Under the pieces are notes generated by a model. It was not told the origin of the DNA. It saw only the letters and a list, made by a program, of their open reading frames with translations, and searched no databases. The position numbers and the translations under genes are program-made. Of a stretch of DNA of 64,000 nt, positions 10,361 to 19,965 are shown in pieces (position 1 is the stretch's first letter; the number at the start of each line of letters is the position of its first letter). Source of the stretch: an uncultured Candidatus Saccharibacteria bacterium (lineage in GTDB: Bacteria; Patescibacteriota; Minisyncoccia; Phycocordibacterales; UBA9973); assembly GCA_964522195.1 (NCBI GenBank), contig CAZFSV010000001.1, forward strand, positions 44,680 to 108,679. The letters run 5' to 3'.

Positions 10361-11419
10361 CTAAGGAAATAATTCTAGATACTTTTCTGGACCCCATGCT
10401 TTCAGTAGTTTTTTGAAGATTTCAATATCTCTATCTTTCAGGGGTTGGTCGTTAAAACCACCATATTGGTTAAGGATGTTTAATTCTCTTTGGGTTTTAT
10501 TTGGATTAGCTTTCCATTCTTTTAATACCCTATAAATCTTTTCGGCTTCAATCTTGGTGTGTTCTTTTAGTTGTTCTTTGATTTGATTTACCTCAATAAG
10601 CATTTGGGCTCCGTTTGGAGTTTCGTATTTATGAAGAAGATTTTCATAAGCATATTTATCCATTTCTTTTGTAGCCACAGGAATTCTTCTTATGTATTTA
10701 CTACTACTGCCATTTGGTAGTAAAAATTCATACTGGCGATATTCGACACCTTCTTCATCTGTGTGAGATGCCCATTCTCTAGCAAAGCCGTTATCTATAT
10801 GATCTTTCATTGCTAGATTTAAGAACTTTTCTTTTCCTTTGGCATCAGAAGCTTCCCAACATTCACAAATTAATTGAGCTCTCATCCAGATAAAGCTCGA
10901 GTGAGCTTTGTTGTCCATTAATAATTCCCAAGCTTTTTTACTTAATTCTTTATCATCACTAATTATTGCCTGTTGAATCATTTTGTATTTATCTTCATAA
11001 GTCATAGCTGAAAACTTTCTGATTGTTTCAATTGCTTTTTCTCCTTCATCTCTAGTTTTCTTTACAAACCTTTCTATCTCAGCAAAAATTCTTTCATTCT
11101 TTTCTTTCTTTTGATCAATTTCAGCTTTTCTATAAAAAATAGTTCCTGTGTCATTAGCTAAATACATCAATGCATCTGGTTTGTAGTCCTTTATTTCTTG
11201 AGCGTAGTATTCACTACCAAAGAAGATGATAATAAATGGATTTATTTCTTCAATTTTAGATTTCCAATTGGTTGGAGTTTGGTTAGAGTAATATACATTT
11301 CCTAAATCATACTTGGAAATTAAATCCTTGTAATAACTATTATCTCTAAGTTCCTTAGCTTTTCTGTTCGCCATTTCAGTCAAAGGAACATATCCTATTA
11401 TTAAAGTATTTATTTCCAT
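10361..11419 (-). CDS. Hypothetical protein (352 aa), middle gene of nuclease cassette
   Basis: Long ORF tightly coupled (2-nt spacer) to upstream gene; no recognisable motif. Confidence 0.45.
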   Translation of the reverse strand: MEINTLIIGYVPLTEMANRKAKELRDNSYYKDLISKYDLGNVYYSNQTPTNWKSKIEEINPFIIIFFGSEYYAQEIKDYKPDALMYLANDTGTIFYRKAEIDQKKEKNERIFAEIERFVKKTRDEGEKAIETIRKFSAMTYEDKYKMIQQAIISDDKELSKKAWELLMDNKAHSSFIWMRAQLICECWEASDAKGKEKFLNLAMKDHIDNGFAREWASHTDEEGVEYRQYEFLLPNGSSSKYIRRIPVATKEMDKYAYENLLHKYETPNGAQMLIEVNQIKEQLKEHTKIEAEKIYRVLKEWKANPNKTQRELNILNQYGGFNDQPLKDRDIEIFKKLLKAWGPEKYLELFP

Positions 11420-11421
11420 AT

Positions 11422-11934
11422 TTATTTAATATCCCATTCAAACAAAATAAAGTTCTCTGGTAGTAAACCTTCTTTCAAAGATTCTTCAAGCCAGAGTATT
11501 TGTGTGTCTTGAATTTTATCTTTCTTTTTTCTTTTGAGTTCTATAAAAAGTATTTGACTATCTTTCCAAACAAGCACATCCCAACAGCCACCAGATTTCC
11601 CAGTTTTCTCTTTTATCTTATTTATCAAATCTTCTTTATCTTTAGGTATTTCTATTGGTTCAACAACTTTAGGTAAACCAATTCTGTATTTTCTTCTGTA
11701 TGAATCCACCCAAACACCGCTCCAACCATTTTCTTCAAAAATACGTAAAACAGCGAGCTCTGCAAAAAGAGGCTCGCTGTTATAATCAATCACGGCTTTA
11801 TTGCCATAAGTATAATCTATGGGTTTTCCTTTCCATTCGTTGAATTCAAAAAAGTATTTCTGAATTGGTATTTGTTTTTTATCTGACAATAAAAATATTT
11901 CATCATCAGTTTGATGTTTTTTAAGAAATTGCAT
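11422..11934 (-). CDS. Predicted VRR-NUC-like PD-(D/E)xK nuclease
   Basis: AELAVLRIFEENGW helix then CWDVLVW...ILFIELKRKK...QDTQILWLEE (D..ExK followed by conserved Q..W), pattern typical of VRR-NUC domains. Confidence 0.4.
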   Translation of the reverse strand: MQFLKKHQTDDEIFLLSDKKQIPIQKYFFEFNEWKGKPIDYTYGNKAVIDYNSEPLFAELAVLRIFEENGWSGVWVDSYRRKYRIGLPKVVEPIEIPKDKEDLINKIKEKTGKSGGCWDVLVWKDSQILFIELKRKKKDKIQDTQILWLEESLKEGLLPENFILFEWDIK

Positions 11935-11936
11935 TG

Positions 11937-12099
11937 CACTCTAGCGGGTTAGTGCAGGCTAGGAACTTTTGTGTATCAAAAGGCTCCCAGCCATTGCGAT
12001 AGACCGAAGTCTACCCGTATAAGTTTCCCTATACGACCCGCTAGAGTGACTCTGACTGGGAGTCCTTTGATCTCTAGCGGGAGATTTGCGACCATGCCT
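11937..12099. other. GC-rich structured repeat element (13-bp inverted repeats cactctagcgggt/acccgctagagtg plus third partial copy)
   Basis: Abrupt GC-rich block in AT-rich DNA. A perfect 13-bp inverted repeat at 11937-11949/12036-12048 encloses ~85 nt with sub-hairpins (tagac-UUCG-gtcta on minus strand, cgtata...tatacg). ctctagcggg recurs at 12071-12082. Confidence 0.4.
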
Positions 12100-12528
12100 C
12101 AAATAAATAAGGTTTAGGTCTTCTATTCAATTGTTAATGAAATTATACCTTATTTTCAAAGGTCCTGCATCTTAGCTTAATCCTTGAGATTTGTGTAGTC
12201 ATTAAAAATCCATCTGTGGATAACTTTTGATTTTTTATTTACACACCTTTTTGTATTAAAACTAGGTCATCTTTCTTAAAAGAAAAATCACAAAAATTCT
12301 ATTTACACTACTGACAGAATTTCTGTGATTTTTTGTTTGCAATAAAAAATATGTGTGTATAAAATACAAATATAACTAAATTGTGAGATTTTAATATCCC
12401 TAAACTGTTTGAGTAAGATCGGTCGATGAAAAGATCAAACTCGGAAGTGGGATATTTTTATTTCAACTTCACTTAATTGAGAACTAAACTGACTACCTAA
12501 ATTGAATTAAAAGCTAATTCAAAATTTT

Positions 12529-13851
12529 ATGAATAAAAATTTAAATATCGTTTATGTTCCAATTAAAAAACTCAAATTATCCGAATACAATCCTCGCAAA
12601 CAAAGCGAAGAGCAAGTAAAAGCTCTCACAGAAAGTATTAGTAGATTTGGTCTTGTCGATCCTGTCGTTTGTAATAGTGCCCCTCAAAGGATGAATGTCC
12701 TAATAGGAGGGCATTTCAGATTGAGGGTTGCTAAAGATCTCGGGTACACAGAAATGCCAGTAGTGTATGTAAATATCTCAGACATTGAAAAGGAAAAGGA
12801 ATTAAATATAAGATTAAATAAAAATGTTGGAGAGTTTGATTATGCTTTGCTTCAAGATTTCAACGAAGAATTCTTGGCAGGGGTAGGTTTTACCAGTGAA
12901 GAATTAGACACTATCTTTGACATAGACCCCAATCCAGAACAATTCAATCTCAAGGAAGAGCTTGAGAAGATGGATATAAAAGTGAAGGTTCAGAAAGGAG
13001 ATATTTATGAGATAGATGGTTCATACCTTATGTGTGGAGATTCAACCATAGAAGCAGATATGCTCAAATTAATGGAAGGTGCTCAAGCAGATATGGTGTG
13101 CACTGACCCGCCATATATTCTTGACTATCTAAAAGGCAAAACCAAACAAAAAGACGGTGTAACTGTCGGCTTTGGTGCCAAGAAGAACAGAAGATATCTT
13201 GAAACCGAATCTTTGCCTGATAACTTTACTGATTTGTGGATGGCGAATGTGCATAAGGTTCAGAAACCTGATTTTTCAATCATCATATTTGAAAATCCAA
13301 AGAACTTACGAATCATTTGGAATGCTCTCGAGAAGTACTGGAAATATCGTAACACGATTGTGTGGCATGTGCCAAACAGAATGCAAGGTTTTTCTGCAAA
13401 GATGAAATTCTTTAACAAGCACGATATAGCATTAGTCGGTAGCACAGATAGCGTGACCATCAACCTCGAGCCAGAAGAAGAGATATTTCAGAATGAATAT
13501 GAGAATGCTCTCTTTGCTTCATCTGGCAAACCACATTGGGAATCTTATGGTAAAGGTAAAAAGATATGCCCAACGGACTTTATCGAACACATCGCCGCTG
13601 ATAAAAAATCCTCAGGACAAGATATTATCTTTGGAACAAAACCACTTGAACTTTTGATTCCATATATCAAGGTTCTAACTACACGAGGTCAATTAGTACT
13701 TGAGCCATTTGGAGGCTCTGGATCTACTCTTATAGCTTCTTTAAAGCTAGGTCGAAAATGCAGAATAATGGAAAAGTCTCCTGTCTATACAGAAGTGATT
13801 ATCAAAAGATGGGAAAAGCACACAGGCAAAAAGGTTACCAAAATTAATTAA
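12529..13851 (+). CDS. ParB-like nuclease domain fused to beta-class N6A/N4C DNA methyltransferase (orphan MTase, phage/plasmid type)
   Basis: N-terminal ParB/Srx-like region (LIGGHFRLRVAKDLG); MTase motif IV DPPY (MVCTDPPYIL) preceding motif I FxGxG (LEPFGGSGSTLIA) = beta permutation. Confidence 0.8.
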   Translation: MNKNLNIVYVPIKKLKLSEYNPRKQSEEQVKALTESISRFGLVDPVVCNSAPQRMNVLIGGHFRLRVAKDLGYTEMPVVYVNISDIEKEKELNIRLNKNVGEFDYALLQDFNEEFLAGVGFTSEELDTIFDIDPNPEQFNLKEELEKMDIKVKVQKGDIYEIDGSYLMCGDSTIEADMLKLMEGAQADMVCTDPPYILDYLKGKTKQKDGVTVGFGAKKNRRYLETESLPDNFTDLWMANVHKVQKPDFSIIIFENPKNLRIIWNALEKYWKYRNTIVWHVPNRMQGFSAKMKFFNKHDIALVGSTDSVTINLEPEEEIFQNEYENALFASSGKPHWESYGKGKKICPTDFIEHIAADKKSSGQDIIFGTKPLELLIPYIKVLTTRGQLVLEPFGGSGSTLIASLKLGRKCRIMEKSPVYTEVIIKRWEKHTGKKVTKIN

Positions 13852-13859
13852 TCATCCAT

Positions 13860-14543
13860 ATGGCTAAAGACAAAACATCAAGACATGAATTGAAACGAAA
13901 CAGAGAACTAAAAGGAAATCTTGAATTAGCCAAGGGTAGTATATCCAGAGAGAGTAAATCTTTCTCTAGGTATGACCCTGATGAATTCATTACTAAAGGT
14001 AAACCAAACATACCCAAAGACATTCCAGAAAAAGAAAGAAAAAGATTAGAAAAACTTGCAGAAGAAACTGAGAAGAATAAAAAAGCTTTGGTATCACAAT
14101 TGCGAAAAACTCCCATAGCTCAGATAGCTTGTGAAAAGACTGGAATAGGCAGATCTACTTATTACAAATGGCGAGCAAATGACTTCATTTTTGCTCGTGT
14201 CGCTGATAAAGCGATGGATGCAGGTAGATTCTTCATCAATGATATGGCTGAATCAAAACTAATCAAACTCATTCAAGATAGTAATATGCAAGCCATTAGT
14301 TTATGGCTAAGACATAACCACCCTAGATACACATCTTTAGGTAGGATTATTAAAGACTTTGAAATTCTAACTGAAACTCTCTCAACAGAAGAGAAGAATG
14401 TTGCAGAACAAATGCTCTCAGAACTGGTGATGAATAAAGCAAAGTTAAACTATTCGAGCAAAGATTTGAAGGAGTATTACAACAAAGAAGAGAGTAAGAA
14501 TCCTGAAGATGAAAAAAGAATGCGGGGGTTTGATGAGGATTAA
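13860..14543 (+). CDS. HTH-domain protein (terminase-small-subunit/transposase-HTH-like), unknown function
   Basis: Basic N-terminus, putative HTH IACEKTGIGRSTYYKWRAND; 9 nt downstream of ParB-MTase. Confidence 0.4.
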   Translation: MAKDKTSRHELKRNRELKGNLELAKGSISRESKSFSRYDPDEFITKGKPNIPKDIPEKERKRLEKLAEETEKNKKALVSQLRKTPIAQIACEKTGIGRSTYYKWRANDFIFARVADKAMDAGRFFINDMAESKLIKLIQDSNMQAISLWLRHNHPRYTSLGRIIKDFEILTETLSTEEKNVAEQMLSELVMNKAKLNYSSKDLKEYYNKEESKNPEDEKRMRGFDED

Positions 14544-14552
14544 TGGTTAACA

Positions 14553-14580
14553 AAAATACCAGCTACGGCTGGTATTTTTT
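14553..14580. terminator. Bidirectional rho-independent terminator between convergent genes
   Basis: aaaaataccagc-tacg-gctggtatttttt perfect hairpin flanked by A-run/T-run. Confidence 0.75.
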
Positions 14581-14595
14581 ATGATGGTTTAGGTT

Positions 14596-17500
14596 TTACC
14601 TTCGATATTTAAGTTTACGGTTGTCAAATGCCGGTAATGTTCCTTCAAGTATATCGACAACGTACTTATTGATTTTTGGATTTTCAATAGAACCCGAATA
14701 AAAATCGAAGTCGTTCTTATTCTTTTTGTCTATGTGTACGTGGATTATCTGTTCCGCGTCTGCCACAACTGCAAGATTTGGGTTGTGGGTGACCATAATA
14801 ATTTGACGACGCTTCTTTGCTTTTTTAAGAAATGTCACAAGGATTTCGTATACACTTTTGTTATCGAGGTTATCTTCCGGTTGGTCTATGACAAGTGGTA
14901 TATCCCGACGATCAAGCATTAGATAGAAGATAAGCAGAAGACCACCCCTTTCGCCCGGCGACAATTCACTAAGGTCTTTCTCATCGACTTTCAGGTCATA
15001 CTTAGTCTCCAAGTAATCGAATCCAAAAATATAATCATATAGATCGACGGGTTCCTTGCCTTGCTTCATCTGCTTGAACACACCACGAGCCTTATTTTCG
15101 TTAGCAGGTAGACCAACTCTTTTATCAGTATCGATATTGGCCGTCACGGAGTCGAGGAAAGACATTACCATTTTCTCATTCTGCCAATTGGTTACTTCCT
15201 CAACAATTCTTTTAAGCACACTTTTACCATCCTCTGTTCCGTAAAAACTACCTTTAACCGCCTGATTAACAAATCTAAAGAATTCATCGAAAAATGTTTT
15301 GTCGAAGCGAAGACTCGCTTCTATAGAGATGTCGTAGTCGCCTAACTCTTCGCTATATTTTTCAATTTCTCCGTCGATTGATTTTTTCACCGAGTCGTAG
15401 AAGGTAGCCAACGTCACCTTCTTGGCGAAGATTTCCTTGCTGACTCTTGTCCGTTCTTCCTTGGCAGTGGTCAGTTCCGCAGGGTAAGTTGATGTAATCG
15501 CAACAAGTTCCTTCGTAAGCCAGTTAAGCGTATCCGCGACTGGGGTTGTATCATCGCCAACCAATTCTTTCAGTTGATTTTCCCACTTTTCCTTATCTTT
15601 CAGATAGGCTTGGTATTCCTGATTCGGTTTATCAAGCCGGTCAACGATTTCTTTTCTCTGTTTAGACAACAGCGCCTGTTTGCAGACTAGGCTTTTTCCC
15701 AACGCAAGTTTCTTGTCAGCATCATTCAGACCTAATGTCTCAATATCGGCTTCAGTTTTGAGGAGTTCATTTATCTCGGCGAGTCGGTCCTCATTGGTTT
15801 TGACAAAATCATCGATTTTTTTGGAATCAAACGATACTGTGACAATGTCATCGAATTTTATGTCTGCAGCCGTAAGTTGCTCTCGGTATTTAGTCTTTAA
15901 ACCCGTAATACCCATGACTTGGCGAGAGATTGCCAGTTTTATTTGTCCAAAGTCCTGAACTTTCTTTGCAACGGACGCCTGCTCCGTCTTAATTGCAGTG
16001 ATTGATGTGGCTAACGTGGTCAATTCAGTTTCTATGGGCGTAATCTCAGACACACCTCCCGTCGCAACCTCAGTGGCTTGTGCTGGTTTTGGGGCGTCTT
16101 TTGGTTTCAGCTTGTTATGGGTATCTACCTCCTCTTCCTTGATCCGCTTCTTTTCCTCAATCGACTTCTTGTAATCAGGCGCGAGTTTTCGTTCAGCGGC
16201 AACAACCTTGTTGTTTGCCTCATGCAATGAGTCCTTAGCTAATTTTATATCCTCCTCTATCTGACTTGAGAGATAGGTGATGAGTTCCTCTAAGGTCGTC
16301 TTTTCAAATCGGTCCTTTTCTTCAACGTACCCAAAAATGACCTCATTTAATTTTCCCCTGAACTCATCATCTTCTATATTCGCACAAATCTTCTCAAGAT
16401 ATTTTTGGGGTAGGTACTCGACCTTTTCAGAAAGGGTTTTGTCGACTTCTGCATCCAGAAGGATTCCGTCCGGCTCTCCCGCATGCCAATGTAATTCACC
16501 AGAAAAATTCGAAGCGCACCGCCCTTTGAGAAATTTGTCTTTATTCAAGAAGGAGAATAATTCTTCGGATCGACCGTTCGTACCGTCATACTTCTGGTTA
16601 TGACTATTGCCAAACAACCCCACTATGTCCGTGACAGCACTTTTACCACTTCCTTTGTTACCAATGATGGCAACAAGTTCGGGATTCAGGTCGATCTTTT
16701 CGTCTTTAAACCATGTGCCGTGTTTTCCGTCGTACCCTTCAATCTGGTCAATATGTAGAGTTTTTATGTACTTAGTCTGATTGGTACGCACGCGATCCAA
16801 AATGCCAGGCTCATCTCCTATGAATATTCGTTCATCAGGTTCATACGTGATGTACTTGAGACCCTCAAACGTTAGGTCCGCCTTAACCCAGGTGATGTCT
16901 CTTTCTATCACGGTCAGATTTTCGGCGTCCGTTTTTATGATCCTTTTGCCAAGCGCATTTTCAAGATCATTAAAAGAGTGAGCGTCACTACCGCATGCGA
17001 CAGGCTTGGGTACCGAACCTTCGTAACGCTCACCGAGAAAGAAATCCTTATCATCAGCACGTCCGAAAAATACTGGGCAAACATCGTCTATAGTTTTCGC
17101 GTACTCCGTGTGTCTGCCCTCATGTTGCGGCGGGCGGATTCCACCGTAACCATTTGCTACACCAAAAACTAGAAAAACATCGCGATTTCCGAATGTCTTC
17201 TTTAGTGAGTTAAGAATTGCATCACTAGTAACAATTGCCTTATCATATCCGATGCGCGCCAAGTCAGTTTGTACGCATTTAGATTTTGAACCGTCTACAT
17301 TAACATTTCTTAGCTCAATACCGCTCAGAAATCTTTCGATTTCCTCTTTTGTTGCCTCATCTGAGAAAACAATGTGAATATTTATGTGATCGTTCTCTTT
17401 ATTTTTATCTTCAAGTCTAAATTCAATATTTGGAAAAAATATTTTCTTTGAATCTGGATATTTTGTCTTAAATTTTTCAATAAAAGTGAAGTAACCATCC

Positions 17501-17688
17501 GCAGAGAAATAATCGGTGATACCAAAGGCATATACATCAGATTCTTCCAACTTTCTACAATATTCATCCCACACGTCTTTACCAGAAGAAACAGCGTACT
17601 GGTCATTTAGTTTTGTGGTTGGTGGATGAATATGAAGATCCCACTTTCTCCATACTGAACCTATTCTAAACTCGTCTTTCTGAACCAT
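14596..17688 (-). CDS. PHP-domain phosphoesterase fused to SMC/RecN-like ABC ATPase with central coiled-coil (PplA-like defence protein)
   Basis: N-terminal PHP motifs (WDLHIHPP HxH, ...ACGSDAHS). Walker A AIIGNKGSGKS. ~450-aa coiled-coil/low-complexity spacer. ABC signature LSPGERGG, Walker B VIDQPEDNLD, H-loop IIMVTHNP. 2-nt spacer to upstream res gene. Confidence 0.7.
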   Translation of the reverse strand: MVQKDEFRIGSVWRKWDLHIHPPTTKLNDQYAVSSGKDVWDEYCRKLEESDVYAFGITDYFSADGYFTFIEKFKTKYPDSKKIFFPNIEFRLEDKNKENDHINIHIVFSDEATKEEIERFLSGIELRNVNVDGSKSKCVQTDLARIGYDKAIVTSDAILNSLKKTFGNRDVFLVFGVANGYGGIRPPQHEGRHTEYAKTIDDVCPVFFGRADDKDFFLGERYEGSVPKPVACGSDAHSFNDLENALGKRIIKTDAENLTVIERDITWVKADLTFEGLKYITYEPDERIFIGDEPGILDRVRTNQTKYIKTLHIDQIEGYDGKHGTWFKDEKIDLNPELVAIIGNKGSGKSAVTDIVGLFGNSHNQKYDGTNGRSEELFSFLNKDKFLKGRCASNFSGELHWHAGEPDGILLDAEVDKTLSEKVEYLPQKYLEKICANIEDDEFRGKLNEVIFGYVEEKDRFEKTTLEELITYLSSQIEEDIKLAKDSLHEANNKVVAAERKLAPDYKKSIEEKKRIKEEEVDTHNKLKPKDAPKPAQATEVATGGVSEITPIETELTTLATSITAIKTEQASVAKKVQDFGQIKLAISRQVMGITGLKTKYREQLTAADIKFDDIVTVSFDSKKIDDFVKTNEDRLAEINELLKTEADIETLGLNDADKKLALGKSLVCKQALLSKQRKEIVDRLDKPNQEYQAYLKDKEKWENQLKELVGDDTTPVADTLNWLTKELVAITSTYPAELTTAKEERTRVSKEIFAKKVTLATFYDSVKKSIDGEIEKYSEELGDYDISIEASLRFDKTFFDEFFRFVNQAVKGSFYGTEDGKSVLKRIVEEVTNWQNEKMVMSFLDSVTANIDTDKRVGLPANENKARGVFKQMKQGKEPVDLYDYIFGFDYLETKYDLKVDEKDLSELSPGERGGLLLIFYLMLDRRDIPLVIDQPEDNLDNKSVYEILVTFLKKAKKRRQIIMVTHNPNLAVVADAEQIIHVHIDKKNKNDFDFYSGSIENPKINKYVVDILEGTLPAFDNRKLKYRR

Positions 17689-17690
17689 GA

Positions 17691-19961
17691 TTATTTCAAT
17701 TCAAAAAATTCCCATCCTTTCATCGACGAGTCGAAAGAATATTTTGCGTTTTTGTTTATCTTCCATCCATTTGGCCCATCTTGGACAGCTATACCACCGG
17801 CAAAACCTTTTTTGCCCTTTAGCCATGCTTGAAGTGCCTCGGCTTTGTACTTTGTATCGTTGCTCTCCGCAGTAATTCCGCCTTTAGTATCAACAATGTA
17901 GAGAGTGTCTTTGGTCTGTACAATCCAGTCGGGATAGAAAAGTTTTTCCTTGTTTTCATCCTGATTGTAGTAAGAGATAGAGAAGTATTCGCTTCCCGAG
18001 TCGCCGTTTTTGTACCACCACACTACGCCCCTAGATGATTCGAGGAATTTTACAAACGCTTCCTCGTTAGTTCGTCCTGCATAATCTTTTTCTATCCAAA
18101 ACGGCTCCATAGCTGACTTCTTAACAGAAAGTGCTTCGTATTGATCAGTGAAGAACAAAGCTTCGCGTGGGATTTCAATATTCTCAACGCGCTTTGCGCG
18201 TGCAGATTTTTTGTTTACTTCTTGTTCACGAACAGGTCGATATTCAAGAAGTGCATCACCAATTACCGGAGCAAGTGCACCAGATGGACTCAAGAGATCG
18301 TTTACGATGATTTTATAGGCATCAATACGCTCCGCCTTAAGCTTATTCATTAGCCAAATATTTAAAGCTGTTTTCAGCTTTCCCCACGAACGCTCAGGAG
18401 CAAATTTTCTGTTCTCGTCTGTCTGTTTTGCAATAATTTTGAAGCAGAGGAGGTTATAGAGTCGCTCGAGATCGTGTCGAGACATTTCCTGCTCATGACT
18501 TCCTCCTTCTGCAAGAAGCTCCTTAGTAAAGTTGTCGTAATCATCAATTTCTACCCCAACGATCAAGCCGTTTGTGACTTTCGGCTTCAAATCCATTTTC
18601 TTTACATCTAGTTTTTTATCCGCAACTTTCTTGAATGTTTCTTGGAATGTATCGCCAAGGTCGTTATAGTCGGCACGAGTCATAAAGACCGATTCAAGCT
18701 TGATCGGCTTTATGTTTTTCTTGCGATAGCTTCCGTTTATTGCAGGGCGGTTTTCTGTCTTTGATTTTGCATACTCGGCAAGTACCTCGTTTCGCTTGTA
18801 GTTTGTATAGAGATAACCCAAATTAAGTTCAGGGTGTGCGAAATGCACGCCAAACGGCATTCGCAAGATGCGCCCTACAGTCTGAATTGCAAAAGTAGGA
18901 TTTTTGATTTCGCGGAACATCACAAGCACGCCCGCGCGCGGACAGTCCCAGCCAGTCGCGGCGGCTTGCTTGAAAAGCAAGAACGAAACCGGAGAATTAC
19001 TCTTTTCCAAGTCTTCAAGATTTTCCTTTTCTTTAGAAAGCCATACTGCAATTTCGTTTCCTTTTACACCCTTACGCTTTAGATATTCCAAAACAATTTG
19101 CTGTTTAGTTGTACCACCTGTTTCTTTTGTTGCTTGGTCGTCATTTGGTAGCTGTATCAGTACAAGCGGATTTACTTCTGCTTTTATTTCTTTATAGAGA
19201 GAAACGAGCTCCTCGCGCTTTGAATACGCAAGCTCTAAAAGCATTTCATCTTGATCAAGTTTCTTGATTGCTTTCTGACCCAAATCTTCCTCAGTTTGAA
19301 AAACAATTTTTTCCTTAATGAGTCCCGCTTCCACAACTTCAGCTCGCTTTACCTCGATATATCCGGCAACATCAGCACGGGTAGGGATGTATTTCGGCGT
19401 AGCCGACACGCGAATAGTGATTTTGGGTTTAACAACCCCATTTATAACTTCGTCCGCAAGTTCTGTATCAGAGCCAATATGCTCCTCGTCAATAATCACG
19501 ACAATTTTTCTTCCGTCCTCGTGGGTTTCGGCGATAAAATTATCAAAAGTTAGTCCTTGTTCATTATCTCGGCGAAGCTTTCGGCTATCTTTCGTCTTAC
19601 CTTTGATTTTTTGCCAGTTTATGAAAAAGACATTGTTCTTCTTTAGCTTTCCGCGCGAAAGATCGTTAAGATCAATCAAATCAAGCTCGGATGCTCCTCC
19701 ATAGTATTCAAAAAGTTTCTTTTTACTTTGTTCGTATGATTCTTCGCTAAACGAGAACCAAACAAATGCCACATCATTTCCCTCAAAACGAGGATCGCTC
19801 ACAATATCGCGTAAAAATTGCGCAAGCATGATTGTCTTACCCGAGCCAGTAGGCGATTTAAAGACGACGGGTGTATTTTCGTTCGGTAATTTCCACAGCG
19901 AAAGAAACTCATTTTTGAGATTCGATACTGCGGTTTCTTGAAATGGTTTTAGTGCAAACAT
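17691..19961 (-). CDS. res: Type III restriction enzyme Res subunit (SF2 helicase + PD-(D/E)xK endonuclease)
   Basis: Helicase motifs I FKSPTGSGKT and II VIIDEEH; C-terminal endonuclease motif YPDWIVQTKDTLYIVDTKGG (PD...DxK). Confidence 0.75.
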   Translation of the reverse strand: MFALKPFQETAVSNLKNEFLSLWKLPNENTPVVFKSPTGSGKTIMLAQFLRDIVSDPRFEGNDVAFVWFSFSEESYEQSKKKLFEYYGGASELDLIDLNDLSRGKLKKNNVFFINWQKIKGKTKDSRKLRRDNEQGLTFDNFIAETHEDGRKIVVIIDEEHIGSDTELADEVINGVVKPKITIRVSATPKYIPTRADVAGYIEVKRAEVVEAGLIKEKIVFQTEEDLGQKAIKKLDQDEMLLELAYSKREELVSLYKEIKAEVNPLVLIQLPNDDQATKETGGTTKQQIVLEYLKRKGVKGNEIAVWLSKEKENLEDLEKSNSPVSFLLFKQAAATGWDCPRAGVLVMFREIKNPTFAIQTVGRILRMPFGVHFAHPELNLGYLYTNYKRNEVLAEYAKSKTENRPAINGSYRKKNIKPIKLESVFMTRADYNDLGDTFQETFKKVADKKLDVKKMDLKPKVTNGLIVGVEIDDYDNFTKELLAEGGSHEQEMSRHDLERLYNLLCFKIIAKQTDENRKFAPERSWGKLKTALNIWLMNKLKAERIDAYKIIVNDLLSPSGALAPVIGDALLEYRPVREQEVNKKSARAKRVENIEIPREALFFTDQYEALSVKKSAMEPFWIEKDYAGRTNEEAFVKFLESSRGVVWWYKNGDSGSEYFSISYYNQDENKEKLFYPDWIVQTKDTLYIVDTKGGITAESNDTKYKAEALQAWLKGKKGFAGGIAVQDGPNGWKINKNAKYSFDSSMKGWEFFELK

Positions 19962-19965
19962 AGTT

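Noticed and set aside
11937-12099. Considered whether the GC-rich element is tmRNA, RNase P RNA, SRP RNA or a tRNA
   Set aside because: No tRNA-like acceptor/T-arm with CCA and no RNase P conserved GGAAAGUCCGG-type or SRP domain IV (AGGUCAGG...GGAAGCAGC) motifs. Kept only as an unclassified structured element.
13172-13463. Internal ORFs (77 aa +, 67 aa -) within ParB-MTase gene
   Set aside because: Alternative or antisense frames inside a gene with clear MTase motifs.
14734-17606. Several 60-110-aa ORFs on both strands inside the PHP-ATPase gene (e.g. 15680..15958, 16277..16603, 17382..17606)
   Set aside because: Embedded within or antisense to a 1030-aa gene with clear domain motifs. Ser/Leu-rich low-complexity translations typical of spurious frames in GC-richer DNA.
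17829-19704. Multiple plus-strand ORFs (62-128 aa) antisense to the Type III res gene
   Set aside because: Antisense frames of a well-supported helicase-nuclease gene; no motifs.
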